Shown here: positions 45,074 through 57,809 of the stretch, one piece after another | Layout: every line of letters starts with the position of its first letter | Position numbering within the stretch: position 1 is the stretch's first letter | Assembly (NCBI GenBank): GCA_965153285.1 | Contig: OZ229113.1 | Strand: one strand, 5' to 3' | DNA length: 64,000 nucleotides | Origin: Podarcis tiliguerta | Taxonomy: Eukaryota | Translations under genes and position numbers: made by a program | The notes under the pieces: generated by a model | The model's database searches: none | Told to the model about the DNA's origin: nothing | What the model saw: only the letters and a program-made list of their open reading frames with translations

Positions 45074-48000
45074 GATGGACTTGTCTAAACAAAGATATTT
45101 CAAGCAGGTGCCAAAGGTGTATCACAAAGGTGCCTGCCTAAATGTCAACAGGCAGGAAGTTCACAAGTGTAGGTGCTGCCACACTAAAGGATCGATTGCT
45201 TACGATTGTAAAATGAATACTGTATAGCACTTATAACAGTGTCAGATCTGCAGATTTAAGTGGTTAGGTATGGGGTGAGGCGATCCTGCAAGTAACTGCT
45301 TCCAGGCCATTATATACCAATAGTAACACCTTGAACGTGACCCAGTAGCAAATGGGCAACTAGCGCAGATCTCTGAGCAGCGGTGTTATATGCAGACAGG
45401 GTCTTGTTCTTGTCAGCCACTGTGCTGCAGCATTAACTGCACTAACTGCACTGTTTGGGTCAAGTGCAAAGGAGGCCCCACATAGAGTGCATTGCAGTAA
45501 TCCAGTCTTGAAGTAACCAATGTCTGAAATATTGTGGCCAAGCTCTCCCAGTCCAGGAATGGCCAAAGCTGTTGTACCAGAAACAGAGGCACTTCTAGCC
45601 ACCAAGGCTACCTGGACCTCTAGTGACAAAGCTACATCTAGAAGCACTTCCCGGCTGCCTATCTCCTCCTTCAGGAGGAATGTAGCCCTGCCCAGATCAG
45701 GCAATTGACCATTTTCCTCTGATGTGGGAACCATTCACCCACAGTGCCTCCAAATTTCTTGGGTTCAAGCTCAGCTTGTTTTCCCTTATCCATCTCACCA
45801 CTGTGTCCAGGCCCCACACAACTTCCCATTCCGCGTTAAGGAGAAATTTTCCTGATTCTCTGTTCCTAATGCCTTCTGCCGAGGTGGTATTTTCAGTAAA
45901 CAGAGGTCCACCAGACAGCAGTTACGTTTGCTTATAGTATGAATTGGTTCATCCCTCAAATTGCTTTCTAAAAACTCTGGTTCAACATTCACGTTAATGG
46001 TTTCTCTAGAAGGCACTCATTATTCTCCCACACCCATTTTAGTCTTACAACAAGCTTGTGATGTACATTAAAGGTGATTGGCCCAAGGTAAGCTTCTCAG
46101 CTGCGTGGAGAGTTAAACCCGAGTCACCCAAGTCCTCTTCTAGCACTCGGAACCACTACACCAAGACTGGCGAACCTGTGGTCCTCCAGATGTTCTTGAA
46201 ACCCAGTGCCAATCAGCACCAGTCCCAGCATGGCCAATGGCAGGGGATGATGGGAGATGTAGTTCAACAAACCCTGGATAACCACCCAGAGACTGCACCA
46301 CACTGGCCCCATACCACTAAACACGCACACCTAATTGTGCATTCCAGTGAAATGTGAAAATTACAGTGCATGTATCCATTTCCAAAAGAAGATCTTGAAT
46401 GATTTTGGCAGCCTCTCCAGAGGTTGAGTCTTCTCTTATGGATAAATTTATATGGTCATTATACTAATAAATCTGGGCTATGTGCCATGTGTTTAACATG
46501 TGTTGGTGTCTTATTCACCGGTCTAATCTTTCCCTCAGTTTCTAGAGTAATTACATGGACTGTGTTTATTTATAACATCAACAATAGCAACAACCACAAC
46601 AATTATATGTCATGGTCCTTTTATGGTTTTGTCTTATGGCTGTTTTTAGGATCATTCCCAGCAAGTGGGTCCATTCAAAATAAGTCTGAACAGCATCATG
46701 CCAACAGTTCAGTCACAGCAATGATGGTGAACAATATTAAACCTCAGCTGGCAGAAGGTAACATTGCACACCTGTATTTATTAATTATAGTAGAGCAGAT
46801 AACAATGCTATTTTACATAAGTTTAGTTGTTAAGCCCTGGAGAGATTAATGACTAAGCTTGATTTAAAAGGAGAGAGAACTGTATCTAGTATGTGAACAC
46901 ACTACACTGCGCTACACCTATAGGGTGGATTTAGAAAATAATTTTACCAATATTTGAGTTTGTTTTTTTTTTTTTAACGTTTGGTGAGTGCCTAGGCCGT
47001 CTCTTATGTTTTTATATTGCAAACTGTGCTGTGATATTCGACTGAAAGGCAGTATGAAAATGTAATAAATAATAAAATAAAATAAATTATGATGCAGAAA
47101 AGCTGGAAACGCTTGAAATAAATGAAATTAAAAATTCAGAGCGAATTTGTTCGGTTCATAATTCCCAGCATTTTATTCCAGTTTCAAAATAATTCTCCTT
47201 GCGTTTGATAAGTTTACCACTTTCTGCAGATTACAGCAACAAGATTACAGTGAAACAATGACCAGACGTATCAGAGGGTCTAACTCTCATGATACATATC
47301 TCTGCTGCTAAGTTACCTTATAGTATATCTTATTACAGGGGTCACACCGCATCAGTGTGTTTAACAACCTTTCATGGTAGTTTCTTTCTAACACATTGGG
47401 AAACCGTGTTTTTGTGATTCCTTTTGGATTTTATTAAGGAGTATTTGAGGATTAAAAAAACAGCTTGGTCTCAAATGTAGTCCTCAGATCCAGCTAGGAA
47501 AACCTACTGATGGTACTTTTTTTATATACCCTTCCAGGCAAATCAAAAATGGATGCAGTGGTTGGCACTGAAGTTATACTGACCTGTCCCCATCAGAGAC
47601 CTATGATAATGGTATCTTGGAATGCCAACTTAAAGAATGGAACAGTTTGTTATTTATCATACATCAGTGATAGAAATCAAACAGGGGGAAACTGCAGTGA
47701 GGATAGCATGTGTTGGTTATCTAGACCAGACAAGGACTCCACCCTTCAGATAAAGTCAGCACAAATATCCAGTGAAGGAATATATAAATGTTCTACAGCA
47801 ACTGCTGATGGAACATTCAGCCATGAACATAATCTAACCATATTAGGTAAGAAACTCCATGCTCTTTTCCTTACCTATAAATCATAATATGAGACTGCTA
47901 CATCTATTTTATTGAATCCAAACATTTAAAACTACGTTTAAGCTACTGGCAACCACTGAAAGCATTTTGCAATAATATTTAAGCACAACAGTGATTAAAA

Positions 48001-51000
48001 AAATGTATGCAATAAAAAATAACCTATAAAATTGAATTAAAAACAAACTATTTCTACTTCTGCTCTTCCTTCTACAGCTGCTGTTACAACTACTACATGT
48101 TTATTAATATTTTTTAGCTGTGAACAAAGAACATAGAAATGACATAGTCTTTTCAGACACAGGACTTAAAGCTTCTTCTGTTTCAATCTGCTTTTTCAGT
48201 GCCTCTTCTCTGCTTTCTTCTCAGCATGATCAAACATGAATATAAATACCAGTCCCAAAATACTGAAGTGCACAAGTTTGAAAAGGCTGACAAGGGTGTG
48301 CAAAAGTGAAATGGGAGGGAGGGAACAGAGCTTGGGAAAGGAAGGTTGAATATAGCAATATACTGTGCAGAAAATGTAAATTTGTGGTGAGTGAGACTGC
48401 ATTTTGTTATCCACACCATTAGCAGGATGTGTTCTGAGGGAACTACTGCTCCTAAAATGTCACAAAATCTCCCTTCCCAGTTTTGGTATTAAACCAGCAA
48501 ATCCCGCCCCCCCCTCTCTGTGTGTGTTTTCGTTAACATTCCACCCTTGGTATTTCAGAAGTCTTTGTTTTCTCAATGAAAGTACACCCTTACTTTCTCC
48601 ATGATATCCCTGGCCACTACAACTAACCCCAGAGCTTCCTTCAGTACCATCTGCCATTCTTGCTCTTCTCAGATATCCGCCAGCTCTCTCCTATCAGATT
48701 GAAGTGAGGCAGAAGGGGTGTGAAACAGGCATCACTCAGGCCAATGCCCATCACTCCCAAACCTGTCACATCATACAGTGGAAGGTCATCCAACACATTC
48801 CACACCATTGAACATATAGGGAGATCATACAGGATCTTTCTTCAAATATCTGATATTCTGCAACAGAAGAAAAATTGGCATGGTGTCTGCTTTATTCCAG
48901 AATACCAGGAGAATAACGTTGACACCATGTGGAACTCTGCAGGAAAATCCAGAGAAAACATGCATTATAGTGCTTTAAAAGCCATATGCCTCTGTTGGTT
49001 TCTGTTTTCCTTCACTGTGCAGCGAAAGGGCTTGTCACGAGACAGGTGTTTACATTCCACAGTCTGTACTGTACTGTTGGAGTTTCTCACGGGAAAGGGA
49101 GACTGGATGTGACGTACACTGGTTTCCTGTTTTTCACTGTGTTGTTTCTCTCCAAGCTGTCGAGGAGAGAGGATGCTTTTCTGCTCCGGCAGAGGCAAGA
49201 TGTCTTTCTGTAATATAACTGCTTTGAACTGTAAATAAAGCAACCAAGAGTATGCAGCACGTACTCCTCATCCTTCCGCTGGGCACGGAACTCTGCTTTA
49301 ACCAACACGTGGTTATGGGCTCCAGAAGTCGAATCGGAGTGCCGGCAAAGGATCGGAATGCAGAGGGACAGATCGGATTGGAATCTGCTCTGCGCATAAA
49401 CATGATTGATGAGGTATGTTGCTACTGCTCCGGGCAGCCTGCCAGCTTCTAGTTAATGGCTTTATGGCTGGACTTTGAACTGTTAAAGCCGTTTTGCCGG
49501 GAATAGGAAAATGGCTCCCAGGCTCAAGTTACTATGCTGGGGAAATCGAAAGTAACTTTTAAGTGCGCTTTTGGAATAAAGCAGGTGCAGCAGTGACGCA
49601 GCAAGATTTAAAGCAGCATATATGACGCTGAAGGCTAATGCCAGAGTCATGATGGCCCTTCAGGATGCTTGTGGGATTCCTAAGCTCAACAAGAAAAATT
49701 ATGCCGACTGGGTTTTGTATGCAGAGGCAATTCTGCGGAAAGAGGGTTTGTTTGAGGTCATTACAGAAACCCCCCCAGCTCCAGTTACAGATGCATGGAA
49801 AGTTAAGGATTCCAAAGCACGGGGAACACTTACATTGATAGTATCCCCAGAAGAGCTCTGTCTATTGCGTGATAAGACCTCAGCCAGAGAAATTTGGGAT
49901 TCTTTGAGAGAGGCTCACTTAAGGACAGAAGCTGGATCTACTATGTTTTACTTTAACAAGCTGCATAATATGGCTCTTGCTGAAGGTGGAGATGTGCGTT
50001 TACATCTGATGGAGATGCAAAATCTGAGACATGAGCTGCAACAGAGAGGACTCAACTTTCCAGAGGCTGTGTATTCTTTCATGATACTACAATCTTTGGG
50101 TTCAGGTTGGGAGTCTGTTGCAACCCAGATTGCTGTGCAGCCAACAGCTCAGCTAACAGTGGACTTTGTTACTGCCGTGGTGTTAAATGAAGCAGATCGC
50201 CGGGGTGCTAGCTGCATGGGCAAGGGGGAGTCTTCACAGACGTCATCCCATAGTGCAGTGGAACCACCAGATGGCGCCAAAGCTTTGAAGGCAGTGAAAT
50301 GCTACTCGTGTGGACGTCTAGGCCATATGAAGAGGGAATGCAGATATCCCAGGGCCAAGACAGAGCAGCGCAGCGAAAGCTCATCGCGTGGAAAAGGCCG
50401 AGGCAAAGGCAAAGGTCCGGTGTCTAGGACAACGCAGCACAAGGCTATGGTTTCACGCTTCACTCCAAAGGTTGCAGAGGTCCAGAAGACGTCTAGATCT
50501 TTCTTCGTTGTTGATTCGGCGGCGACCCACCACATGTGCAACGATAAGAGACTTTTTGTGTCTTTTACACCGCAGGAAGGTGCGATTCACCAGGCGGATG
50601 ACCACACTATTCCCAGTAAAGGCTACGGAACTGTTGTTCTTCACAGTTTGGACTTATCGATACAGAATGTCCTTTACGTGCCAGACGCCAAACATAATCT
50701 GCTCAGCGTTGGACAACTGAATGAGCGGAACATTGACGTTTCCTTCAAGAACAAGAAGTGCATCATCACAAAGAAAAATGACTATGAATTGCATGCTGAA
50801 TATGTTGATCGTTTGTTTGTTTTGTATTATGATGATGTTGTGCAGGATGACACTTGTTGCATTGCAGGTTCTAACAAAAGTTTGCATGCAGGATGTATTC
50901 ATGATTTTCATCGAAAATTTGGTCATTTGCATTTTGAGGCAGTATCTAAAATGCCTGCCTTGGTTGAAGGTATGACTATTAGACCCTGCAGGTACCACAT

Positions 51001-54000
51001 GAAGTGCAAAGCATGCGCAGCAAACAAGGTGAAAATGGCTGCGAAAGGTAAGGTGTCTAGTAGGCAAGCTACGGAACCATACCAGATTATTCATGCTGAT
51101 TTGGTTGGACCACTAGCGCCCTCTTTGGGTGGAAATAGGTACTTCATGGTTCTCATTGACGCATTTTCTAGATATATTTTTGTGTACAATCTCAAGCAGA
51201 AATCAGAGGCTTTTCCTAGGTTCAAGGAATTCTGTGCTTGGTTGGAAAATGTGCATGGTAAGAAGATAAAGACTCTTTTCAGTGATCGCGGGGGAGAATT
51301 CACTTCTCAGCAGTTTGAAGCTTTTCTGACTGAGAAAGGAATTCAACACGATTTGTCTAGTCCTCGCTCGCCATGGCAGAATGGACTTGCGGAACGGGCA
51401 AATCAGACATTGCTTCAAGGGTTAAAAACCTTGCTGCATGATGCCAATCTTCCAGAGAGTTATTGGGCCGAATCTCTCTCGTGTTTTGTTTACAGTTACA
51501 ATCGCAGGTTATCTTCAGCGATTGGTTGTACCCCCTATGAGAAGATGTTTGGCAAGAAGCCATACATCAAACACATGAAAATTTTTGGTTCTGACATGTG
51601 GGTTCATTCACCACAAAATTCAAAGTTAGACAAGCGTGGATTGCATGGTATCTTTCTAGGTTATCAGAAAGGGTCTTACAGAATAATGATGACTGACTCT
51701 AAGACAATTAAGCTCACGAGAAGTGTTGAATACAATGCAAAGTGGGGGGAGAATGTGGGAATTTTCCAATGTTATCCTGATGACAGTGATGAGACTGAGG
51801 ATAGTCAGAAGCAACCACAACAACCCACACCCACTGATGAAGGTTCTGAGTCTGAATCTGAAACTGAATCGGGTGATTCAGAGGATTTCAAGAGTGCGAA
51901 AGCCTCTATGCGACCCTCTGAAAGCTCTGATCAAGAATTGGAAGAACCATTGTTCACAATAGGTCGCTTTTCTCCTAAGAAGGAAGAGGAGAGTGTTGAA
52001 GACTTAAGGCTAATTCGTAGGTCACAGAGAGCCACAAAAGGCAAACCTCCAAAGAGATTTGCTGATGAATTTGCTACGATAGCAGTAACAGCTGTTAAAA
52101 GCTCCAAGAAGGTATTTGAACCTTCAAGTTTCCAAGAAATCCAGGGTTTGGATTCAAAGGAAGCTGAACCATGGTTAAATGCCATGAAGGCTGAGCTTGA
52201 TTCCTTGGAAAGGAACAAAACATGGGAGCTAGTTCCAGTAGTTCCAGGAATGAAACTGCTTGGAAGCAAATGGGTCTTCAAAGCGAAGACTGATCAAAAT
52301 GGCAAGATAGTCAGACACAAAGCCAGATTGGTAGCCAGAGGTTTTGCACAAGTACCAGGTGAAGACTATCACGAGACCTACTCACCCACAGTGAGGTATG
52401 AAAGCATTAGGCTTATGCTCAAGCTAGCTGCAGAGGAAAATCTACACATTAGTCACCATGATATTAATACAGCTTTTCTGTACGGATCTCTGGATGAATC
52501 ACTTTATATGCTTCCACCTGATGGCGTACAGGTAAAACAGGGATTTGTTTGTGCTCTGAAGAAATCCCTTTATGGTCTCAAACAAAGTGCACGGTGTTGG
52601 CACACAAAACTCACTGAAGTATTGTTTTCTCTAGGTTTTCAGCAAGGGAAAGCTGATCCATGTGTATTTGTCAAAGAGGAGGGGCAAAAGAAACTGTACT
52701 GTTTGTTTTATGTTGATGATTTATTATTCTTTTGGAAAGATGTCGCAATGTACAATAACGCCCTAGCTCAACTGAAAGAGCACTTTGACATGAAAGATCT
52801 TGGTGAGGTAAACAACTACCTATCTCTGGAAATAGAAAGAGATCAAGATGGTAACATTCTAGTACACCAGTCACGGAAAATTGCTGATGTGTTAAGCAAA
52901 CTAAACCTGATGGATGCTAACCCTGTAGACACACCGATGACAACAGGTTATCAGGTAGATGACAATGGAGAAGCATTTTCTGACTCTACACTGTACAGAA
53001 GTGTGCTAGGCAAGCTAAACTTCATTGCCAGATGTTCAAGACCAGACATTGCTGTTAGCTGTAATTTGCTAAGCAGACAAGTCAACAATCCTAGTGTCAA
53101 GGATTGGAAAGCTCTGAAACGCATAGCGCGGTATTTGAAAGGCACTATGCATTACAGACTGAGATTTAACAATCAGAAGTCTGGTGGTCTTGAGATATTT
53201 GCAGATGCAAGTTTTGGAAGTGACACTGAAGACAGGAAAAGTACGTCTGGAGTTTGCTACATGTACAATCAGGGTCTGTTTGATTGGTCATGCAAGAAGC
53301 AAACAACAGTTAGCTTAAGTACTTGTGAAGCTGAACTGAATGCACTGTCTTATTCACTTAAGGATTGTGAATGGTTGATACAATTGTGCAAAGATATGAA
53401 AATTCCTGTCAAATGTCCAATCCAGGTTTACCAGGACAACAAAGCATGTTTGGCTTTGCTGAAGTCTGAAGGTTGTAAGCAAAGCACGAAGCACTTGCAA
53501 TTAAAATTGCAGCATGCTAAGGAATGTATTCAGAAGGGACTCGTAACGGTGTCCTATATGCCAGGTAATAAAATTCCTGCTGATGTATTATCCAAGATTG
53601 TATCAAGGGATCAACACTGTACCTATGTGCAGAAGTTGGGTTTGTACTGATATTGTACGAACACGCTGCCCAGTGATGTTCACAGAAAGGGGGAGGATGT
53701 TGGTTTCTGTTTTCCTTCACTGTGCAGCGAAAGGGCTTGTCACGAGACAGGTGTTTACATTCCACAGTCTGTACTGTACTGTTGGAGTTTCTCACGGGAA
53801 AGGGAGACTGGATGTGACGTACACTGGTTTCCTGTTTTTCACTGTGTTGTTTCTCTCCAAGCTGTCGAGGAGAGAGGATGCTTTTCTGCTCCGGCAGAGG
53901 CAAGATGTCTTTCTGTAATATAACTGCTTTGAACTGTAAATAAAGCAACCAAGAGTATGCAGCACGTACTCCTCATCCTTCCGCTGGGCACGGAACTCTG

Positions 54001-57000
54001 CTTTAACCAACAGCCTCCAGTGAGTCACCTCTTATAAAACTCAGGCTCCCTCCAACTCTCCAAGCAGTCTCTAAAAACAGCATGATGAGAACTGTAGTCT
54101 GCACTAGTTCTGAGCTCCATAGACCTTGAGATGGCATCATGAAATCTCATATTATAAAACATGGTTTTGTGCTTATCGCACTTCTGCCTGTCTGTCCAAA
54201 CTACCCATTCAGACTCTTCACACTCACTATGTAACCAGCATCACAAATGCCAAATGGAGAAAAACCTTTACAACTCTATAGTTCCAGTCTGTGCACTCTG
54301 CCATTGTTGAAGGACGCTGTCGTAGGATTCCTTATGAAGAGAGAGTTTGGAGGAAATATACCTAGAGATTTGCCCCACTGGTTTGCCCAGTCTATGAGGA
54401 CTTAAGCCTTGTTCAGATACTGTATTTAAATTTCTCAGTTTAGAGATCGATTGGGTATCTGACTAACTTTTTATTAGAGGACAGATCCCTCTACACTTCT
54501 GAAAAAGTGGCTTGTTTTGCCTTTGGAGTGGCAATTTTACAGAGAAAAGTTTGTAGGAATGATGTCAAATTCTTCAGAGGAGCAAACTCTTATCTGACAG
54601 AATGCCTGGTTTTAATAATTATTTTAACTGTGTAATGCATTTTATTCTGTTTTATGTTTTTTGTTTTTTGTAATGGTTTTGGCTACACAAATTTGCACCA
54701 CAGTACAGTCTGCTCTCTGGTCTGGTGTGCAGGGATCAGAGGCTGCTCCCTGGATGCCTGCAACTTAAAGTCTGTCACAATGTGCACTTCTGTGCTGGGA
54801 AGAGAGGATGATTTTTAAGTCAGACTGGGGATGAGGGGAAGAGGGGACTCCTAACAAATTAGTTTCCAGAATTCTTCAGTGGAAGCTGTTTAAAGTGGTA
54901 TGCTACAGCTTTCAGTGCCTAGTGCAGATGAGACCTGTTTATGTTGCACCAAAATACATGTAATGAGCAGAGTCACTACAGCAGGAAGAACTCTCTGCCC
55001 TGGATGAGTCAGTGGCCAGCCACGCTGAGTCAAACCACGAGTTCTTCCTGCTGTAGTGACTCTGCTCATTACATGGCATAGTGGTCAGCAATTCCTGACA
55101 GCATGTATAGGAATATGTTTACTCATCAGGTTTCATAAGGGACTTATTTGTTCCTCAAATGTGTATTTTGGTGCAACATAAGATACCAATAGAATATCAT
55201 ACTCTCCAACATTTCTCTGATGAAAGAAGGAAGTCCTATTAATTTTATTATTTATACCCCACCCACCTAACTGGGTTGCCCTAGCCACTCTGGGCAGCTT
55301 CCAACATATATAAAAACTGCAAGAAGATCAAACCTATCCATTCTGAAGGAAATCAGCCCTGAGTGCTCACTGGAAGGACAGATTCTGAAGCTGAGGCTCC
55401 AATACTTTGGCCACCTCATGAGAAGAGAAGACTCCCTGGAAAAGACCCTGATGTTGGGAAAGATTGAGGGCACAAGGAGAAGGGGACGACAGAAGATGAG
55501 ATGGCTGGACAGTGTTCTCGAAGCTACCAACATGAGTTTGACCAAACTGCGGGAGGCAGTGGAAGACAGGAGTGCCTGGTGTGCTCTGGTCCATGGGGTC
55601 ACAAAGGGTCGGACACGACTAAACGACTAAACAACAACAACAATACTTTAAACATTTTTTTTTTAAAAAAACAACTTCCCTATGGAGGGCTGCCTTTAGA
55701 TGGCTCGGGAGGAAGATAACTCCATACCCTCCAACATTTCTCCAGTGAAAATTGGGACACCCTGAAGAGAAGTGGGACATTCCAGGATCAAATCAGAAAC
55801 CAGGATGGCTTCTGTAAATCCAGGACTGCCCCTGGAAAATAGGGACACTTGGAGGGTCTGGAATATGCAGCTCTGCTACCTTTTATGTCCATCTTTTTGT
55901 GCCAGAGGTGGGGAACCAGATGTGCATACCCTCCAACATGCTGCAGCGGAAAACACCCATCTTCTGGGGCCACGGGACAGGAGGGGCATGAGATACGACT
56001 ATCAGCTGCCTGTGTTAAGTGTGTGTGGTTGTATGTGTGGATCGGTCTGGCCCTGCTCACTGTGGGATCAAGGCACCCCCACTACTCAAATGCAGTTCCT
56101 GACAGCTTTACACTGAGTTAATGCTGCCCACAGCCTCCCAAGCACCCTCCATTTGCCGCTTCTAATCTAGAGTAGGTCTCATCCCACCACTTTGATAAAT
56201 TTAACTGACCCTTCACCTCATTTATTTGTTCCCTCCAGTACCTCCTGAGGCATCCCTGATTCATGACGACATCAATGGAACTGCCATTTGCAAGGCAGTT
56301 GCAGGGAAACCAGCTGCACAGATCTCATGGTCCCCAGGAGGAGAGTATAACACCAAGAGTGAAAATTTGCTTAGTGGCACACAGACCGTCACCAGTATAT
56401 ACAAGGTCAACAACTCTGAGGGGAGCAAAGTAACTTGCTTTGTCTCCCATCCTGCATGGAAGGAGTCCTTCAGGCTCTCATTAGGTAATCCTAAGAATCA
56501 TTTTCTCTGTTTGTTAATTTGTAATTTCCACTCTCTGATACGTTTTCCTGAGAGATCTCAGGATCACCCCCTTTTCATACATATTCTTTTGTCAACTAGG
56601 ACTTCTCTTTTCTCCCACGTTTGCAACTTATATGAAATCTTGATGACTGGGTGGTTTGATGTTCTGCTGCATTTTCCAGGTTACCTCTCCCATTTATGTG
56701 CCACTGATCTAGATTCAACTTGTAATTTACCCTGTTTTATTGTTTTTTCATACACACACACTCTCACACATTTTTAATTGAATATTTTTGCAATGGGAAC
56801 CAAAACAAAACACAGGACACAAACCAGTAGCAAATTACTAAACAAAGGTACAGGTAAGGTATGGGATACAAAGTACCTCCCCCACCTTCCTTTTTTCCTT
56901 TGACTTTCTGTATTTTTATCAATTTTAATTTTTCACATCGCACATAAGATAACATAACTCAATACATCAACCACTTTGATTAAAACTATCAAATCAAATT

Positions 57001-57762
57001 CCTACATTTCACTCCCAAAACTCTTTCCACATATTAACATGAGATCTTAGGGGGTTATAAACAAAATCTGCTTGACGCTTATAAAATCCAAAATGGGTGT
57101 CACACATTATAGAACAGATGGAGGATGGAATTCCCTTTGGTTGCATGAATCTGACACATCAGCTTTTCAGCCAAGGAGGAAAGATACCACTTATGTAAGA
57201 ATTTCCAAGAAAATTCCCTTAATTGGGCCAAAAGAGTTTTAAAAGTTCCCCATTTTTCATTAGATATTATTACTTGAAGGTCCATTTCCCAGGGAATTAA
57301 TTTTTTTTAAAAAAAATATTTTTCTTTATAACATTTTGAGTGCTTTAGCTCAAAAGACAATTCATAATGTTCCTTTTCAGTATTTTTATCAATGTTCTTA
57401 CGGTATACCACTCTGGATGCATTTGTGTCTAGAAAAATGGGATAAAAATAAAATGAAATAAAAATCAATTTACTAATATCCACTATTATCCTTCTTCTGG
57501 TGGTGTGTTCCAGGGATCTTGGGTTTGGGGCTCACATTTTGGCCTGTAATATTACTAAAAAGTAGAAAATTTTCCCCAAAACGATTGTAGTTCCTTTTTC
57601 TGTCTAAGGGCCAGGTCTGGTGTAATGTTTTCCTTCAGAGGCAGCCTTTTGGAATTATTCCCATGGAAAATTCTGCATGGAACAGTTTAGGTCAGCAATG
57701 GACATTTAATATTTTGTTGAGAGCTGCCTAGAGTGGCTGGGACAACCTGGTCAGATGGGTGA

Positions 57763-57809
<47 letters not shown>

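Larger units (their letters stand above)
48993..54012 (+). mobile_element. Full-length Ty1/copia LTR retrotransposon (5020 bp)
   Basis: LTRs 48993..49307 and 53698..54012 (TG..CA, 8-bp terminal IR TGTTGGTT/AACCAACA); 5-bp TSD GCCTC at 48988-48992 and 54013-54017; PBS after the 5' LTR; PPT before the 3' LTR; single ORF in copia order PR-INT-RT-RH. Confidence 0.98.

Noticed and set aside
47230-47320. Candidate extra CD200R exon after TTCTGCAG
   Set aside because: In-frame TGA after ~10 codons in the required phase.
48720-49452. Several ORFs duplicated at 53517-54028, possible env or accessory gene
   Set aside because: They are translations of the LTR; only ~47 nt separate the pol stop from the 3' LTR, leaving no room for env.
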